Position numbers and translations under genes: made by a program. The notes below the pieces were generated by a model. The model saw only the letters and a list, made by a program, of their open reading frames with translations. It had not been told where the DNA came from and did no database searches. Positions 22,102-34,500 of a DNA stretch of 64,000 bases are shown here, in pieces; the stretch's first letter is position 1; each line of letters begins with the position of its first letter. Origin of the DNA: Neodothiora populina (lineage: Eukaryota); assembly GCF_041146345.1 (NCBI RefSeq), contig NW_027191417.1, forward strand, positions 186,001 to 250,000. Direction: 5' to 3'.

Positions 22102-23095
22102 TAAGTCTGGTGTGGGAGATTTCGGCCACATATACCCGCTCACAATCGAGCACATTTTACCGACGCGGACGTAGCCATTTGTCGAACGGGTATCTTCAAG
22201 ATCTGTGTTGTACAAGTATGTGATGTGTTTAGTGTTGTAGAGTTGTAAAGTGGTAGAGTGAGTAAGCAAGTCTGGCCGTCGTTATTGTTCGGAGTCACGT
22301 AGAGCGGTAAAATGAATTCCAAGAAGGTTCTCTGTGGTGACAATACCGAGCGTCTCTTCTACGAGACTTCTCTGTGTCTTCTCTTGTTGTATACCTTGGC
22401 AACTTGGTCTCATAATCACCAAGCGCGGAGAGGTAACAAGACCGTGAGCGAGACCGGACATTACCATCTTCACACCTCGAGTACTTTCAGTGCAGGTTGC
22501 AGGGCGTTGTTGTGGAGGGGAAGGATGCAGAAACAAGGCGTGGTACCTATCGAGTTTCCAGCAGCGGGCCCAGCGATGCAGGTGGTATCGATAGTGTCTG
22601 TTGTCCCAGCGCTGGTCAGAAGACATTCGACACAGAAAACCTCGGCCTTATTTATGTCCTTCTCGTGAGCATGGACCATCCATCGCCGTACCATCGAGTA
22701 CAAGCCACGATAAACATATCCGGTCTGTGAGACTCCAAGATCGATCAGACCCGCACGAATACAAGATGAGGGTTTTCAAGGCGCTTCATTCGTGTTGCAG
22801 CCTAGCTTTGAGTAGGTGACCAAGTACAATCTTCTCCCCTCGCCGAAAATGGACTGGAAAATAGAGAAATGTACTTCAACCCTTTCCTTGAACTCCACAC
22901 GCCTCGCTATTGACCCAGAAACAAACAAGACGCCCCAGAGATGCAGATGCAGTGTTAGATGCAACGCTGGGAAGACATGGAACCGGACCGACCCATATTC
23001 CATCCGAACATTCACAGGCATGTGAGAACTCCCGTTTCCTTGGTCAGTGTGACATGGTATCATTGTGATGCAAACAGGTGCGTGATCCTCTCTCT

Positions 23096-24294
23096 CTATC
23101 TTTTATGCTCATGCCTCGGGTGCACGACTCCGGCCTCCTTTTGCATCTTGATCAATTGACTCTTCAACGTTTCGTAGGTGAACATGGTGGTCATGGCTGC
23201 CGGGACAGCACGTAGCATGTTGGTCCCCAGGCCGTTGTAGAAGGCGCGCCATCCCTCCTCTTTGACTATGAGCTTACACATCATGATGACACCACGGTAG
23301 CGGGGCTTGTTGATCATGCCGTCCGAACTCGCGGTGCCCCTCTGTTGCGTCTGGAGTCGGGTTCGGAGGACCTCGTGGGGATATGTGGCGGTGGTGGCAG
23401 CCATCTTGCTGAGAAAGGTGGCGGCCAGCATGGCGATGTTGTTCTGCGGGGTGCTCTCTGTCTGCTCGCCCATCTCCAGACCGGTGAATCTGAACTTCAA
23501 GTATTCATACAGGGGGAACTGAATGGCGACGTGGGTCAGACCGAGCAGGGCAGGAGCGAGACCAGAGTAGAAGGCCCTGATTCCTTCGCTGCGCCACATC
23601 TGGCGAGCGGCGTCGAAGCTGTTTTCGTAGTGCCACGGCGTGCGGCGGCCTTCGCCTGCAGATGCGGAGATCTGGGACATGAGCCGGGTCTTGATGACCC
23701 AGATGGGATTCGTCGCAGACGTAGAGCAGGCACCGGCGGTGACCGAGGCAGCCATGTGTGCTTGCCATTTCTCGTCTTTTTTTGGGGGGGAATGTATGTT
23801 GGCAAAGGTGTAAAGTTGAGGCGATTGGGAGGGCATCACTTACCAAAGTAGTCTGCATAGTAGTCCTTGGATGTGTCGTAAACGCCCATGTAAACGGCCC
23901 AGGTGGGTATGTAACCAAAAAGCATGGGAGCCAGGCCCCGATACAAGCCCTTCAGACCATCTTGTCTGACAATGGTCTTGGCGGTGCCGACGAGACCACG
24001 ATAGATGACCTCGCCAGAGGGGTGGTAGCTGGCGGATTGCTGCTGACGGAAGGATCCTTGAGCCTGGAGTTTGGTCTTGATGACATCGAGAGGACAAGTG
24101 ACGAAGCCCGAGGCGACACCGGCGACGGAACCACAGAAGGGATTGATCCACACGGGGGGGACCTTCGCGACAAGCTTAGCGAGGGAAGAAGGAGAGCTGG
24201 TGGTGGTGGTGGTGGTGGTGGTGGTGGTGGTGGTGGTGGGTTGAGAGAGTGTTGTTTGGGTGGAGGACCCGAGATCGTGACTGTCGCCGGCCAT
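23096..24294 (-). CDS. NDT1: Mitochondrial carrier, NAD+ transporter (Ndt1/Yia6)-like; exons 24294-23844, 23775-23096
   Basis: Three carrier motifs: CPLDVIKTKLQ, NPIWVIKTRL (the Trp variant typical of NAD/FAD carriers) and YPHEVLRTRLQ. Confidence 0.88.
24198..24239. repeat. (ACC)14 coding microsatellite giving a poly-Thr tract in the carrier N-terminus
   Basis: Perfect TGG run on the + strand. Confidence 0.95.
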
Positions 24295-25040
24295 TTCGAT
24301 CAATGTTCTCGCGCTTTACTAGCGAGTCATTATCGAGGGCAGAGTCGAGGTCGCTGGCTTTCACTGTATAGGTAAAATTGGCTGTCCGAAGGTGGGTTTG
24401 ATTGGGTGGTGGATTGGACAGTACGGTATACAGTACTGTAGTATATGCTGCGGACTGCGAACCTGCGAACAGACCCAGGACCCCGCGACACGGCCAGAAG
24501 TGGAGAACTGCTACCAAGGGCCGGGCATGGACAGGGCAGGTAGACGGACACTGGAGACCGAAATGCGGGTTGGGTCGGAATATACCTAGCTTGGGAGAGT
24601 GACACAAAGGCAATTGCAGGGCGGGTTGTGTATATACAGCAGCCGAGGCAGGTAGTCGTTGGAAATTACACTGATGGCTTGCAGCAAGAAGCGTGTGTGT
24701 GATGGTCAAAGTGATTTGCCTTGGGGAAACAAGGTACAGAAATAGAGTGTGTAATCACAAATGACAAAGAGCTTGAGGTCACTGAATGAGGCAAGGTCGA
24801 GCCTGGTAGTAATTGCGTACAAGTGCTTGTTTCTTTCTTTTGTTCTCCAGATACGGATACACGATGGAGCCCCGCGGCAATAATGGGTGATTTGCAATCC
24901 TTACAGTACAGTAGATGCCCGATATGAGTGACGGTGTACTGAGAGATACGCGCGATAGAAGGAAAGTGAAGGCGGCAGGGCTGAATGCAGCAGAGCAGCC
25001 AATCAGATGCAGACGAGCCCGGATTACTCCGTCCGTTGCA

Positions 25041-25077
25041 GACGCAGAGACGCAGAGACGCAGAGACGCAGAGACGC
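25041..25077. repeat. (GACGCAGA)4+ tandem repeat next to a CCAAT box (24999-25003) upstream of QCR7
   Basis: Read directly. Confidence 0.9.
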
Positions 25078-25160
25078 TCAGCTTTGTCGACACGGCGACA
25101 TACTGCGAGCCTCTCTTTACTACTAGAGACATTCACTCCCACTCCCACTCCACCGCCGCA

Positions 25161-25851
25161 ATGTCGCAACCTTCTCTCACCAACTTCATCGTCAAGCGCC
25201 CATGGTTGAAGAGGTGGATGACTCCCATCGCCAACTGGTACACTGATGCCGCTGGGTACAGAAAGCTCGGTCTCAGGTACGCCCTCCTCGCCCTCCTCGC
25301 CCTCGCCCGCCACGTTCCTCAACACCGCCGCCTTCTCCAGACAGAGCGACGTCTTGCGGTTATGGCATGCCACAATGCATCTCACTGCTCTGGCTGCTCC
25401 ATTGGTCCCCAATTGTCCCTGCAGCAGTCGTGAATCGAGCAGGAAATACTGATGCTGTGCCTCGAAATACAGAGCCGACGATCTGATCCCCGAAGAGTCC
25501 GACGTTGTCCTCCTCGCCCTCAAGCGTCTCCCGCCCAAGGAGGCCTACGACCGCGTCTTCCGCATGCGCCGCGCCTTCCAGGTTCGCATCTGAGACCCCG
25601 GAGTCCTTCCAGCCCATCCCGCATTTCTGACACCGACTTCCAGTGCTCCATCTCACACCAGCTTCTCCCCAAGGCCGAGCAGACCAAGCCCGAAGAGGTT
25701 CATACACACCCTCGTCTCTATCGCTACACAGCCGATCCGCTGACTTACTTCCTTCCAGGACTACCCTTACCTCAGCCCCATCATCAAGGAGATCGAGCAA
25801 GAGAGGAGAGAGAGGCTCGACCTCGACGCAATGGTTGTCAACAAGAAATAG
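25161..25851 (+). CDS. QCR7: Cytochrome bc1 complex subunit 7; exons 25161-25276, 25473-25581, 25644-25697, 25759-25851
   Basis: Spliced translation [56 protein letters not shown]...DYPYLSPIIKEIE. Confidence 0.96.
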
Positions 25852-26733
25852 ACATGACTTTAGGAAGACTCCCTTTGCCTGTACATTCCCCCCTGCCGAT
25901 ACTCTTTGCATGACGCGGCCTGAGCGATTGGCCGTGTGGTTGTATGATATACCGCCATCAAACATCTCTTTTGGACTCTATCCCACTGCCTGTTTCTTTC
26001 ATGGGTTCTCCGATGTCTCAATCCGCAAGCATGTGCTAGATCAGACGTGTTTGTTGGTGTGAAATCTGCCTTGAGATCCTGTTTCACGGACACCATCCAG
26101 AATTGCCCGTTGTAACGATCTGCGCACGTCTCGCACAATCATATTTCTACTCAAACTCGACCCACCAAACAGCGTGTGAAAAGGGTCGTTGGGTACGATC
26201 ACATATACAATTGCAATACCTGCTATGCAAGAACCCCCGCTACGAGTGCTTTCACTATCGGCTCATCGCAATTGATGTCTGTCGAGTCTATGCGATCACC
26301 ATTCTCGGATCTCTTGGCATCAATCAATCGGATGGGTATGCACGGACCCGACGTGCGGCTGCCTACTATCATCGTGTCTCCATCCTGCCATTACTCATCT
26401 GACATTACTTCGTGAGCCGTATCAATTGATACTCGCGAGAAGATTATAATTGCATCAAGCATCCAGAGCCTTGAATTTATACTTGGAGTAGTCTGATTCT
26501 ATGCTCGAATCTGCATCTTGACCCATACCCTGTCCACCCATCCACTGTACAACGACGTCATTGCCCACACCCACTACCATTCTCTTCTCAGATCTGCTTC
26601 TTCCCAGGCTCTATGTTGTAAACTAAAGCATTCCCTATATATGTCCTGATCCTTTCTTCTGTCCTGAACGTGAACTACACTCGACTTCAACTAGCCTTTG
26701 GTCAAGTTGGCAAGCCTCCTCGCAGTGGCCACC

Positions 26734-27894
26734 ATGTCTCTACGACGGTCTGCCCGTGTCCAGGCCATTGAGCCCATGTCAAAAGTGGTCAACCCGAATA
26801 GTCTGAAGAGAGCATTCGCGACTACGAAAGCTGGAACGAGGAGCAAATCTACCAAAGACACCACAAAACCGGATCATGTTGAGAAGGAGAACAGCATACC
26901 CACAGTTGTCCCTTCTACTAAGCGAGATACTCCAGCAAAGCGCCGCAGAGTCGCATCAAGTCCACCGAACATAGCTCCTGTGATAGCATCGCCCACTCCT
27001 CTACATAGCACGGGAGATGTTGACGATGCCATTCCATCAAGCAATGGGGTCAGACCCGTGGACCCTCACATCACCAATGCACCGATCTCGTCGCCTCAGG
27101 ATGGCCATGTGACTACTGCATATTCCAACCATGAGAATGGTGTCCCTATCAACGGACCCGTACCACCGCCAACAGGTACTACATCAACTCTTCTGGACCA
27201 AGCCATTGCACATCTCCTCAAAACAGACACAACCGGACGCCTGGCTCCGGTGATCGCTGCACACCACTGCGCTGTCTTCTCCCCGGCTGGCCTCGCCGAA
27301 ATCATAGATCCCTTCCGCAGCCTCGCGTCAGGCATCATGGCTCAACAAGTCTCGGGCGCCGCAGCTTCGAGCATCAAGAACAAGTTCATCGGCCTCTTCC
27401 CTGCGACGGCTACTCATCTGGGTCCACCTCACTTCCCTTTCCCTGAACTCGTTGCCCAGACGCCTCTGACTACGCTTCGTACGGCGGGACTGAGTCAGCG
27501 CAAAGCAGAGTACATTCAAGGCCTAGCCTCCCATTTTGTATCTGGTGAACTCTCTGCCGAGATGCTCGCTCGCGCATCCGACGACGAAGTCATGGAGCGT
27601 CTCGTCGCTGTTCGCGGATTAGGCAAATGGAGCGTGGAGATGTTTGCTTGCTTCAGTCTCAAGCGCGCCGATGTGTTTAGTACAGGCGACTTGGGGGTCC
27701 AGAGGGGAATGGCAGCCTGGCAAGGAAGAGATGTCGCAAAGCTCAAGTCGAGGGGCTCGGGTGGCAAATGGAAGTACATGTCGGAAAAGGACATGTTGGA
27801 GTTGTCGGCTCCCTTCTCGCCCTATAGGAGTCTGTTCATGTGGTATATGTGGCGAGTTGAGGATGTGGATGTTGGCGCTATACAAAACGCTTGA
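26734..27894 (+). CDS. MAG1: DNA-3-methyladenine glycosylase (HhH-GPD family) with a basic disordered N-terminus
   Basis: IMAQQVSGAAA, LRTAGLSQRKAEYI, HhH motif LVAVRGLGKWSVEM, DVFSTGDLGVQRG and PYRSLFMWYMW. Confidence 0.93.
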   Translation: MSLRRSARVQAIEPMSKVVNPNSLKRAFATTKAGTRSKSTKDTTKPDHVEKENSIPTVVPSTKRDTPAKRRRVASSPPNIAPVIASPTPLHSTGDVDDAIPSSNGVRPVDPHITNAPISSPQDGHVTTAYSNHENGVPINGPVPPPTGTTSTLLDQAIAHLLKTDTTGRLAPVIAAHHCAVFSPAGLAEIIDPFRSLASGIMAQQVSGAAASSIKNKFIGLFPATATHLGPPHFPFPELVAQTPLTTLRTAGLSQRKAEYIQGLASHFVSGELSAEMLARASDDEVMERLVAVRGLGKWSVEMFACFSLKRADVFSTGDLGVQRGMAAWQGRDVAKLKSRGSGGKWKYMSEKDMLELSAPFSPYRSLFMWYMWRVEDVDVGAIQNA

Positions 27895-30232
27895 TATGTT
27901 CCTCTTTTCTTTTTCAAGAGGGCGGTTGTATCTACTTTGCACGTACGTTCGGGAAGAACATGTTCGAGTCATGGTCGCTGTGATATGTATAATGAGTTAT
28001 GATCAAAAGCAGCCGTATCAGCAAACAGGCATGATAAATCATTCCCAAATCTATGATATGAATATCTCATCAATGTTATCGAGACAAGTACATCCTTCTA
28101 TACCAATGCCGGACCGACTGGATATGTCTCATCTATATATCTATTCACTCAGAGCCCTGCATCTAGCTTCTTTCTTTTCGACTCTGATACGGAGACGAAA
28201 AGTTATTACCCCAAGCTAAAGGAAAGGAAGGAAAAAGCAAGGGAAGGCAAGCACCAGCAAAAGATAAAGACTTAAAGACAGATACACTACTATATGACCT
28301 ACACGAGCAGGTTCTCACATGCCGCTCCTCTGATATACTGTTTGTTTACCCATAGATTGCCGTAAGCAGGCAAGTACCAGTGCAGAACACATCGACTACT
28401 TGCGCCCCTACGTACCTAGCTGGGCCAAAGCACGCCGTGAGAACAAAGAGATTGACGCCATCAAATCACCAGTGTCCTGCTTTTTCAGAACATTCGATCT
28501 CTTGACACCTTCATACAACTATGACATTCTTACTTGAGATACTCGAGGCTCCCACTTCTGTTGCATGACATTACATGCAAAGCCATGACCAGAAGCAGAG
28601 AAGTTCCAGAGGCAGGAGAAGAAGGCAACGGTAAGAGATCCGTCGGAGAAGTGACTGCAAAACATCACCTGCCCTCTTTGGATGCTACTTCCGGTCCAGC
28701 CAGTATGTCACTCCATAGCAAAGGATCTGGTCGGCATAAGGTAGGATCTGCTTGTGCGTAAGAGATATACATGGCTTTCGCACTTGTTCCGACTCGAGGC
28801 TAAAGTGCAGAACAAAAAAAGACTGCAGCAAAGGCAGAATCGTAGCCGATCTGCCCCATGCTTCTTCCTGTTCTGTCGTCTACTTAATTATGTGACGACT
28901 ACACGCTCACTGAGCTAGGTAATGACCACTTCCGCGTCGCGAGTAGCACAGAAGATCGGATACGCACATATCTAAGAGAGCAATAAGGAAGGACTTACAA
29001 TATACTATGTCTGCAAGATCCTAGAACAATATCACGCGTGTTTTGTATTCCCGACATATACTTTATTCGAGCATATAATTCTCAACTTCAACAACAGCAA
29101 AAAATAACATATGACAAATAAACGTACATATAATCAACGCTTTACCTCTTCTTTCTTATTACAAATAGAGGTCACGTATGCATAGAAACACAACGAAAAG
29201 TAACAAATCGATAGATGATGGGAAACACCACCGAGTATCATCGTATCGCTGTATTGTATCTATACCTCCTACCTATCCATCAGGCGCTCGCTTCGTCGTT
29301 GTGTGCCACACATTAGGTCTTAACTTCTCTTACGACCTTCTACACCGTACCTACCTTGTTTCATCATCTGAGATGCAAATATGAAATAATTGCAGCGCTT
29401 GATAAAATACACAAGAAGCCCAACCCAAAAAAGGAGCCCGATGTCCAAGGTCATGTGTCTCGGCTATAAATGCCGCAAATCGAACCTCGTCGTATCCCCC
29501 CTCCCCCCTCGTGTTTGTCTTTTTCTTTGCTTTTTTTTCCCAACTTGGCTTGATGATAAACAACCAAACCCAACCTAAGCAAATCTGAAACAGCAGCTTC
29601 ATTCGTGATTAATCTATCTCTTACAAACAACACGACATGCATGCATCGAATCATATCATGTCTCTATGTTCAAACATTAGCACTCAATCGCTCGCACTTA
29701 CTTGCGTTTTTGAGTACTTATTTTCCACGGGGCAAATTTCACATATACAGCACTGTAAAAGATAGAAAAAAGTCGACTCAAGAATCCAAGGTTTTGACAT
29801 CGAAATTATCAACATGAAAAGAGGTAATCCCATACTGGTGACAGTAGTTCTGCAATGAAAAGAAAAAGGAAAAAAGGAGCCTATTACTGCTACAAAGCCA
29901 TATCTTGCCCTGTCAGACGACCTAGAGGCCTTGCCAATATACGTGAAACCATTACGTTGTAAGAGAGTGAGGTTGGAAAAAACAATTTGGGAATGTAGAA
30001 AAATATCAATGCTCGCTTTCCAGTTCTTTTCAAAGAGAGGGTCAGAGGTTTGCCCACTCTAGTGCGAGCTTCTTGGTTAAAAGACCCCCATGTAGATATG
30101 AGGGGAACAGCAACAGTCAGGGATGAGTGACAGCGTACGCCCCCCTCCGCCTAGCATTAGTCTATGCAAGCGACATGAAATGATGGAAAACAACTGAAAC
30201 GCCATGCAACTTCTCGATACCCTTCAGCCACT

Positions 30233-31562
30233 TTACAAGAGACCGAAGATGGCAGCGACAACACCCATGAAGCCGGTGGCGGCAACGGGGATGTACATGC
30301 CAGCAGCGGCGCCGGAGGACGAAGAAGAGCCAGAGCTGGTGGCAGAGGCGGAAGAGGAGGTACCGGTAGGGGTGGAGCCCTGACCTGAGGGCTTCTCCTG
30401 CTGACCAGCGCAGGTGTACTTGCCCTTGATCACACCGTTCTGCTTCTTGAGGGCGTCGAAAGGCTTGCAGTCAAGGACACCAGAGGACTGGAGGTTGAAG
30501 GCACCACGAACGTCAGTGAGAGCAGGGAAAGTGACGCTAGAGGTTTTGTTAGCAATTGCTTATAATTTCAGTGGTAGACAGAGCACTTACTTGGTGAAGT
30601 TGCCGTGGAAGTCAAGGGCACCGCCGACAGTGGTGAGTTTGGGGAAACCCTCAGCGTTGTAAAGCTCGGTGTTGTTGGCGACCTGGAAACCACCGGAGAT
30701 GGTTTTGAGCATGGGCATCGAGACGTTCTTGAGGTCGGTGTTGGAGACAAAGGAAAGAGATCCACCGACGGTAGTCAAGTTGGCGCACTGGACAGACGTG
30801 AACTCGTTGTCGTAGAAACCGAGGGAGCCGTTAACCGACTCGAGCGAGGGAGACGAGAAGGTGCTGACGTTGCGGAGAGTCATGTTGTTGGCCCAGATCA
30901 GGTTGGAGAGGATGACGGAAACGTTGTTTCCGTTGGCCTCGATGGTGAGAGAGTCGGTGATGTTGCCGAGCTGCATCTCGATGTCCTGAAGGTAGTTGTT
31001 GTTGGTGATGTAGACAGTGTCAACGACCTGGAGGTTGATGCCATCGAGGGAGTTGAGCTGGGTGTTCTGAATGTTGAGCTCAGAAGCAGTCTGGACACCA
31101 GAGGTGAAGGAAAGACCCTGGAGGGCAGGGAGAGCCTCCCACTCGAGCTTGCCGACGTCGGTGAGTCTAGGGAAAGTGAGGGTGGACAGAATGGTGAGTT
31201 GGTTGAGGCTGAATGCGCCGGTGATGGTCTCGAGGTTGCCAGCAGAGAGCTGGGTCATCTGCGTGACGTTGTTGGCGACCAGGTCACCGGTGATCTTCTT
31301 GATGCCATCGAGGGCAATGTTGTCGGTGGTACCGGTGGCAATGGCAATGTTACCAGTGAAGGTTGTGCAGGATGCCAAGGCAGAAGCGTCACCAGCGTTC
31401 TGGATGGTAGTGGTTGCGGCACTGCAAGAAGCGCTGCTCTGGGCTGTTTTCGATTTCATATCAGTTCCTGCTTAACGTGATGTGGCAAAGGAAGGAGAGT
31501 GACTGACCCATTACGCTGCCTGCAAGAGCAAGCGCCGGCGCGATGTACTTCATCGACGACAT
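30233..31562 (-). CDS. ECM33: GPI-anchored cell wall protein Ecm33 (receptor L-domain repeats); exons 31562-31508, 31443-30591, 30536-30233
   Basis: Signal peptide, L-domain repeats (FPRLTDVG, FPKLTTVGGA, NLIWANNMTLRN), IKGKYTC, Ser-rich linker and hydrophobic GPI signal. Confidence 0.95.
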
Positions 31563-34500
31563 TATGAGAGGGGAGTATTAACTGTTTTTTTGCCGTCAGC
31601 GAACTGTAAACAAACAAACGCCCATGTCTTTGATGGAAGCCACTTGAGTCGAGTAGAATCATTCGATGTCCTTGTGTTCTTCTTTGATAGGCCTCGACAT
31701 GATGTCTCGATCATTTCTGTTGAACCAGAGCACGAAATCCGTTGAAAAACATACCTTGAAGCTGTAAATGCTACTACAATGGGAGGTCGCTGGGGGATAA
31801 TTGGAAGATGGGAAAGACCAGCGAAGGGAGTCAGTAATGGTTGATGCGATGGATGATTTGAAGCGAGTGAAAGAAGTGAAAGTGACAGGCAGTTATGGAC
31901 GGATGATAAGGATCCGGAGACGCAAGCCACGCAAGCGAAAAGGAAACTGCGAGGGAGGTTGAAGATGAGCTGGGAAGGTGGTGGCTAGGAGGAACGCACG
32001 GCTTAAGAGTAATCAGGGGGCACAGGCGGAAGCTTGCGCCAAGCCAAACTTTTGGTTGCTAGCGTGTGTCGGTCTCGTCGAATCCGGAATTGCGATTCGC
32101 CCGTCGTTGCGAGAAAGTTACTTTGACACAGGGCCAAGCTGGAAGATGGCCAACCAGTGGCAAACATACATGAGGCCCCATACCTCGACTGTTCAACTAA
32201 CCTTACACTACTGGTCCATCTCGGCTCATCTTCATGGCTTGGGGTGCGTACGTCCTCCAGTACCCGCGGAACCTACCCAGCTCATCGAGCAATCATGTGC
32301 TGAACCATTACGCTTCCCAGGGCTTGTTGACCGTGTCTGACTTTTGTGGTCGTGGACACACGCCGTAAGGCCAAGGTACCGAGGGTACGAGCGAACAGGT
32401 AGCAAATCGGAAACATGCATTCCAGCCAGCCCACTCCCAAAATGCAGTTTGTTGTATGTGCCCGCTCGCGCTCGTCGTTGTTCCATGGTCTTACCGTAAA
32501 TAAAGCTTCTTTCAATTACACAAACAGCACAGTGCTGTCTGCAGTGCCTGCCACAGTCCCAAGCATCATCATCAGCATCATCGTCTGCATCATGTCCACC
32601 AGCACAAGCCTCTCGATCATCGACGCTGTTGTCCCCCGTATCTCTTAGTCCCCGCGCATGGACTCAACACTGAGCTCGACGCTCTGCCGCCCTCACACAC
32701 CCTGCAGCCACCGCAATTTCGCCAGACGGTTGATCTATCTCTGATATCAGTCAATCCAATTTCCATGCAATTGCTCGAATGTTACTTCTCGACTGATCGG
32801 GGAATTGTCTTTTCGGCGCTCCTGTCTCGACTCGGTCGCTGCGTCCCGACCTCTTTGACTTGATGCGCTGTTCGATATGATTTAGCTTCTTTTACCCAAG
32901 AGATTCGATTTTCTCCGGTTCCTGACTTTAGTGGTGGCGAGATCTGGGTGGAGACGGTACCAGCCATACTGTATAACACACTCCCCACCATCTCGAACTC
33001 ATGCCCTGTTACAGTAAAGTCGCTTGCCAGTCGTCTGTGAGATCCACATAGGCGGCTATTTCCTCAACCGTTCCCGTAATCATAAAACATTTGTGCATGA
33101 GGATCCTCCATCGCCATCGCGACGCCTCTAATATATAATAATCCTCAAAACAGGGATTCCAACGTCCCATCTCCAGTGCAAATGATGTGGAGCGAACACT
33201 CCCCTTACGCATACAAATAATGCCCGTGACTTTGCGACAGTACTGTACGACAAATGATCTGCATGACAGGACTAAAACCGTCCGCCCGTGTACCACTACT
33301 AGAGAACCCAGCGGCGCCGGCTCGAATTTCTTATATGGCCTTGGCGACCTCCACACGTGTCTCAAGATAGAATACGTTCGGCACGACAGCGAAGTCTCTG
33401 TCGACAAGCAATGTTGCAATATACTTTCGAGGCTCTTCTTAGCCATCATTCTCGAATTGTCATTCACAGATCCCGCAAGATACGTATCCGGTAATCAAAT
33501 GGTCTTGCTTCAGTCCAGCCTTCTTGGTATTGTTCAACACTTCCAATGACGGACCGTACCCACAACCAGTACAGTAACTCCGTAACTGGGGCCGATGTGT
33601 TGCCCATCCGAACATACCGATCTGCAGATCCACCCTGCGAAGTATTTTCTCTACGAGTCTTGCTCGTACAGGTTTTTTTTGGTTTTAGCTCCCGAAAGCA
33701 GGAAGAGACTTCCAATGGCGATCGCTGTTTATTACCAAACACTTGCGTCTGTTCTATCTGGCGAGGTCGCTGATTGTGGTACGGTTTTGGCTGAATGACT
33801 GACTGACTGATTGACTGCTCTCTGCCTGCTTGCAGTCCTTTTCTCCGGTTGGCCGGCCAGCTTACTTTCACTTCCTTGCCTTGGTTGCTCACCCATCCAC
33901 AAAGTTTATCCAGGTCCAAATCTTCTCGCCATGCATATATATGTGTGTTATAACCACTATTTCATCACGAGGGCATGTCTATCGTCTTGAAAGACTGGTT
34001 AGGAACAGCCCATGACACATCAATGTGCTTCTGGGATGCTGCTGCATCCGAGACAAGATACGCATTCGCCGGATCAGGCTACGTGCTTTATACGATACAT
34101 TTGCGGCATCTTGCCAGGGTACCATGTCCTGTATATCACCTTCTCAACAGCACCTTGGGTCTCGACGAGATCGAGTATAGATGAGAAATAGTATGCCCGT
34201 GACAGGAACATCTGCACTGATGCAAAAGGGTCGCTTGCTCATTATTTTTGACACCAAGATTGATCTATGTTCATCACCGTAATTGCATCGAGGCGATGGA
34301 CGAGAACTGTGCAATGTCTCACATGCTGCAGACACATGCCGCACGGCGTTCAACTTTCGACACTCGCATGAGCCGTGCGTCTGGCTTGGTGTGTGTACTG
34401 CAATAATGTAACTTGTACAGCATGTCTCTCCCAGTCGTGGATCCTTGTCAACCAAAGACGATGGCGGACGCGTGTACATAACGTCCCAAAACAGCTACCG

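Noticed and set aside
24666..25538. 290-aa minus-strand ORF across the QCR7 start
   Set aside because: Runs through tandem repeats and antisense to QCR7; the sequence is not protein-like.
30605..31480. Long antisense ORFs over ECM33, and similarly over ANP1 (36893-37690), POX1 (20493-21173), the PLC gene (17458-18141) and CCZ1 (48462-49178)
   Set aside because: Shadow ORFs produced by codon bias of the real gene on the opposite strand; no recognisable motifs.
33009..33919. Adjacent ~150-aa minus-strand ORFs in the ECM33-ANP1 interval
   Set aside because: Atypical composition, no motifs and no supporting splice structure.
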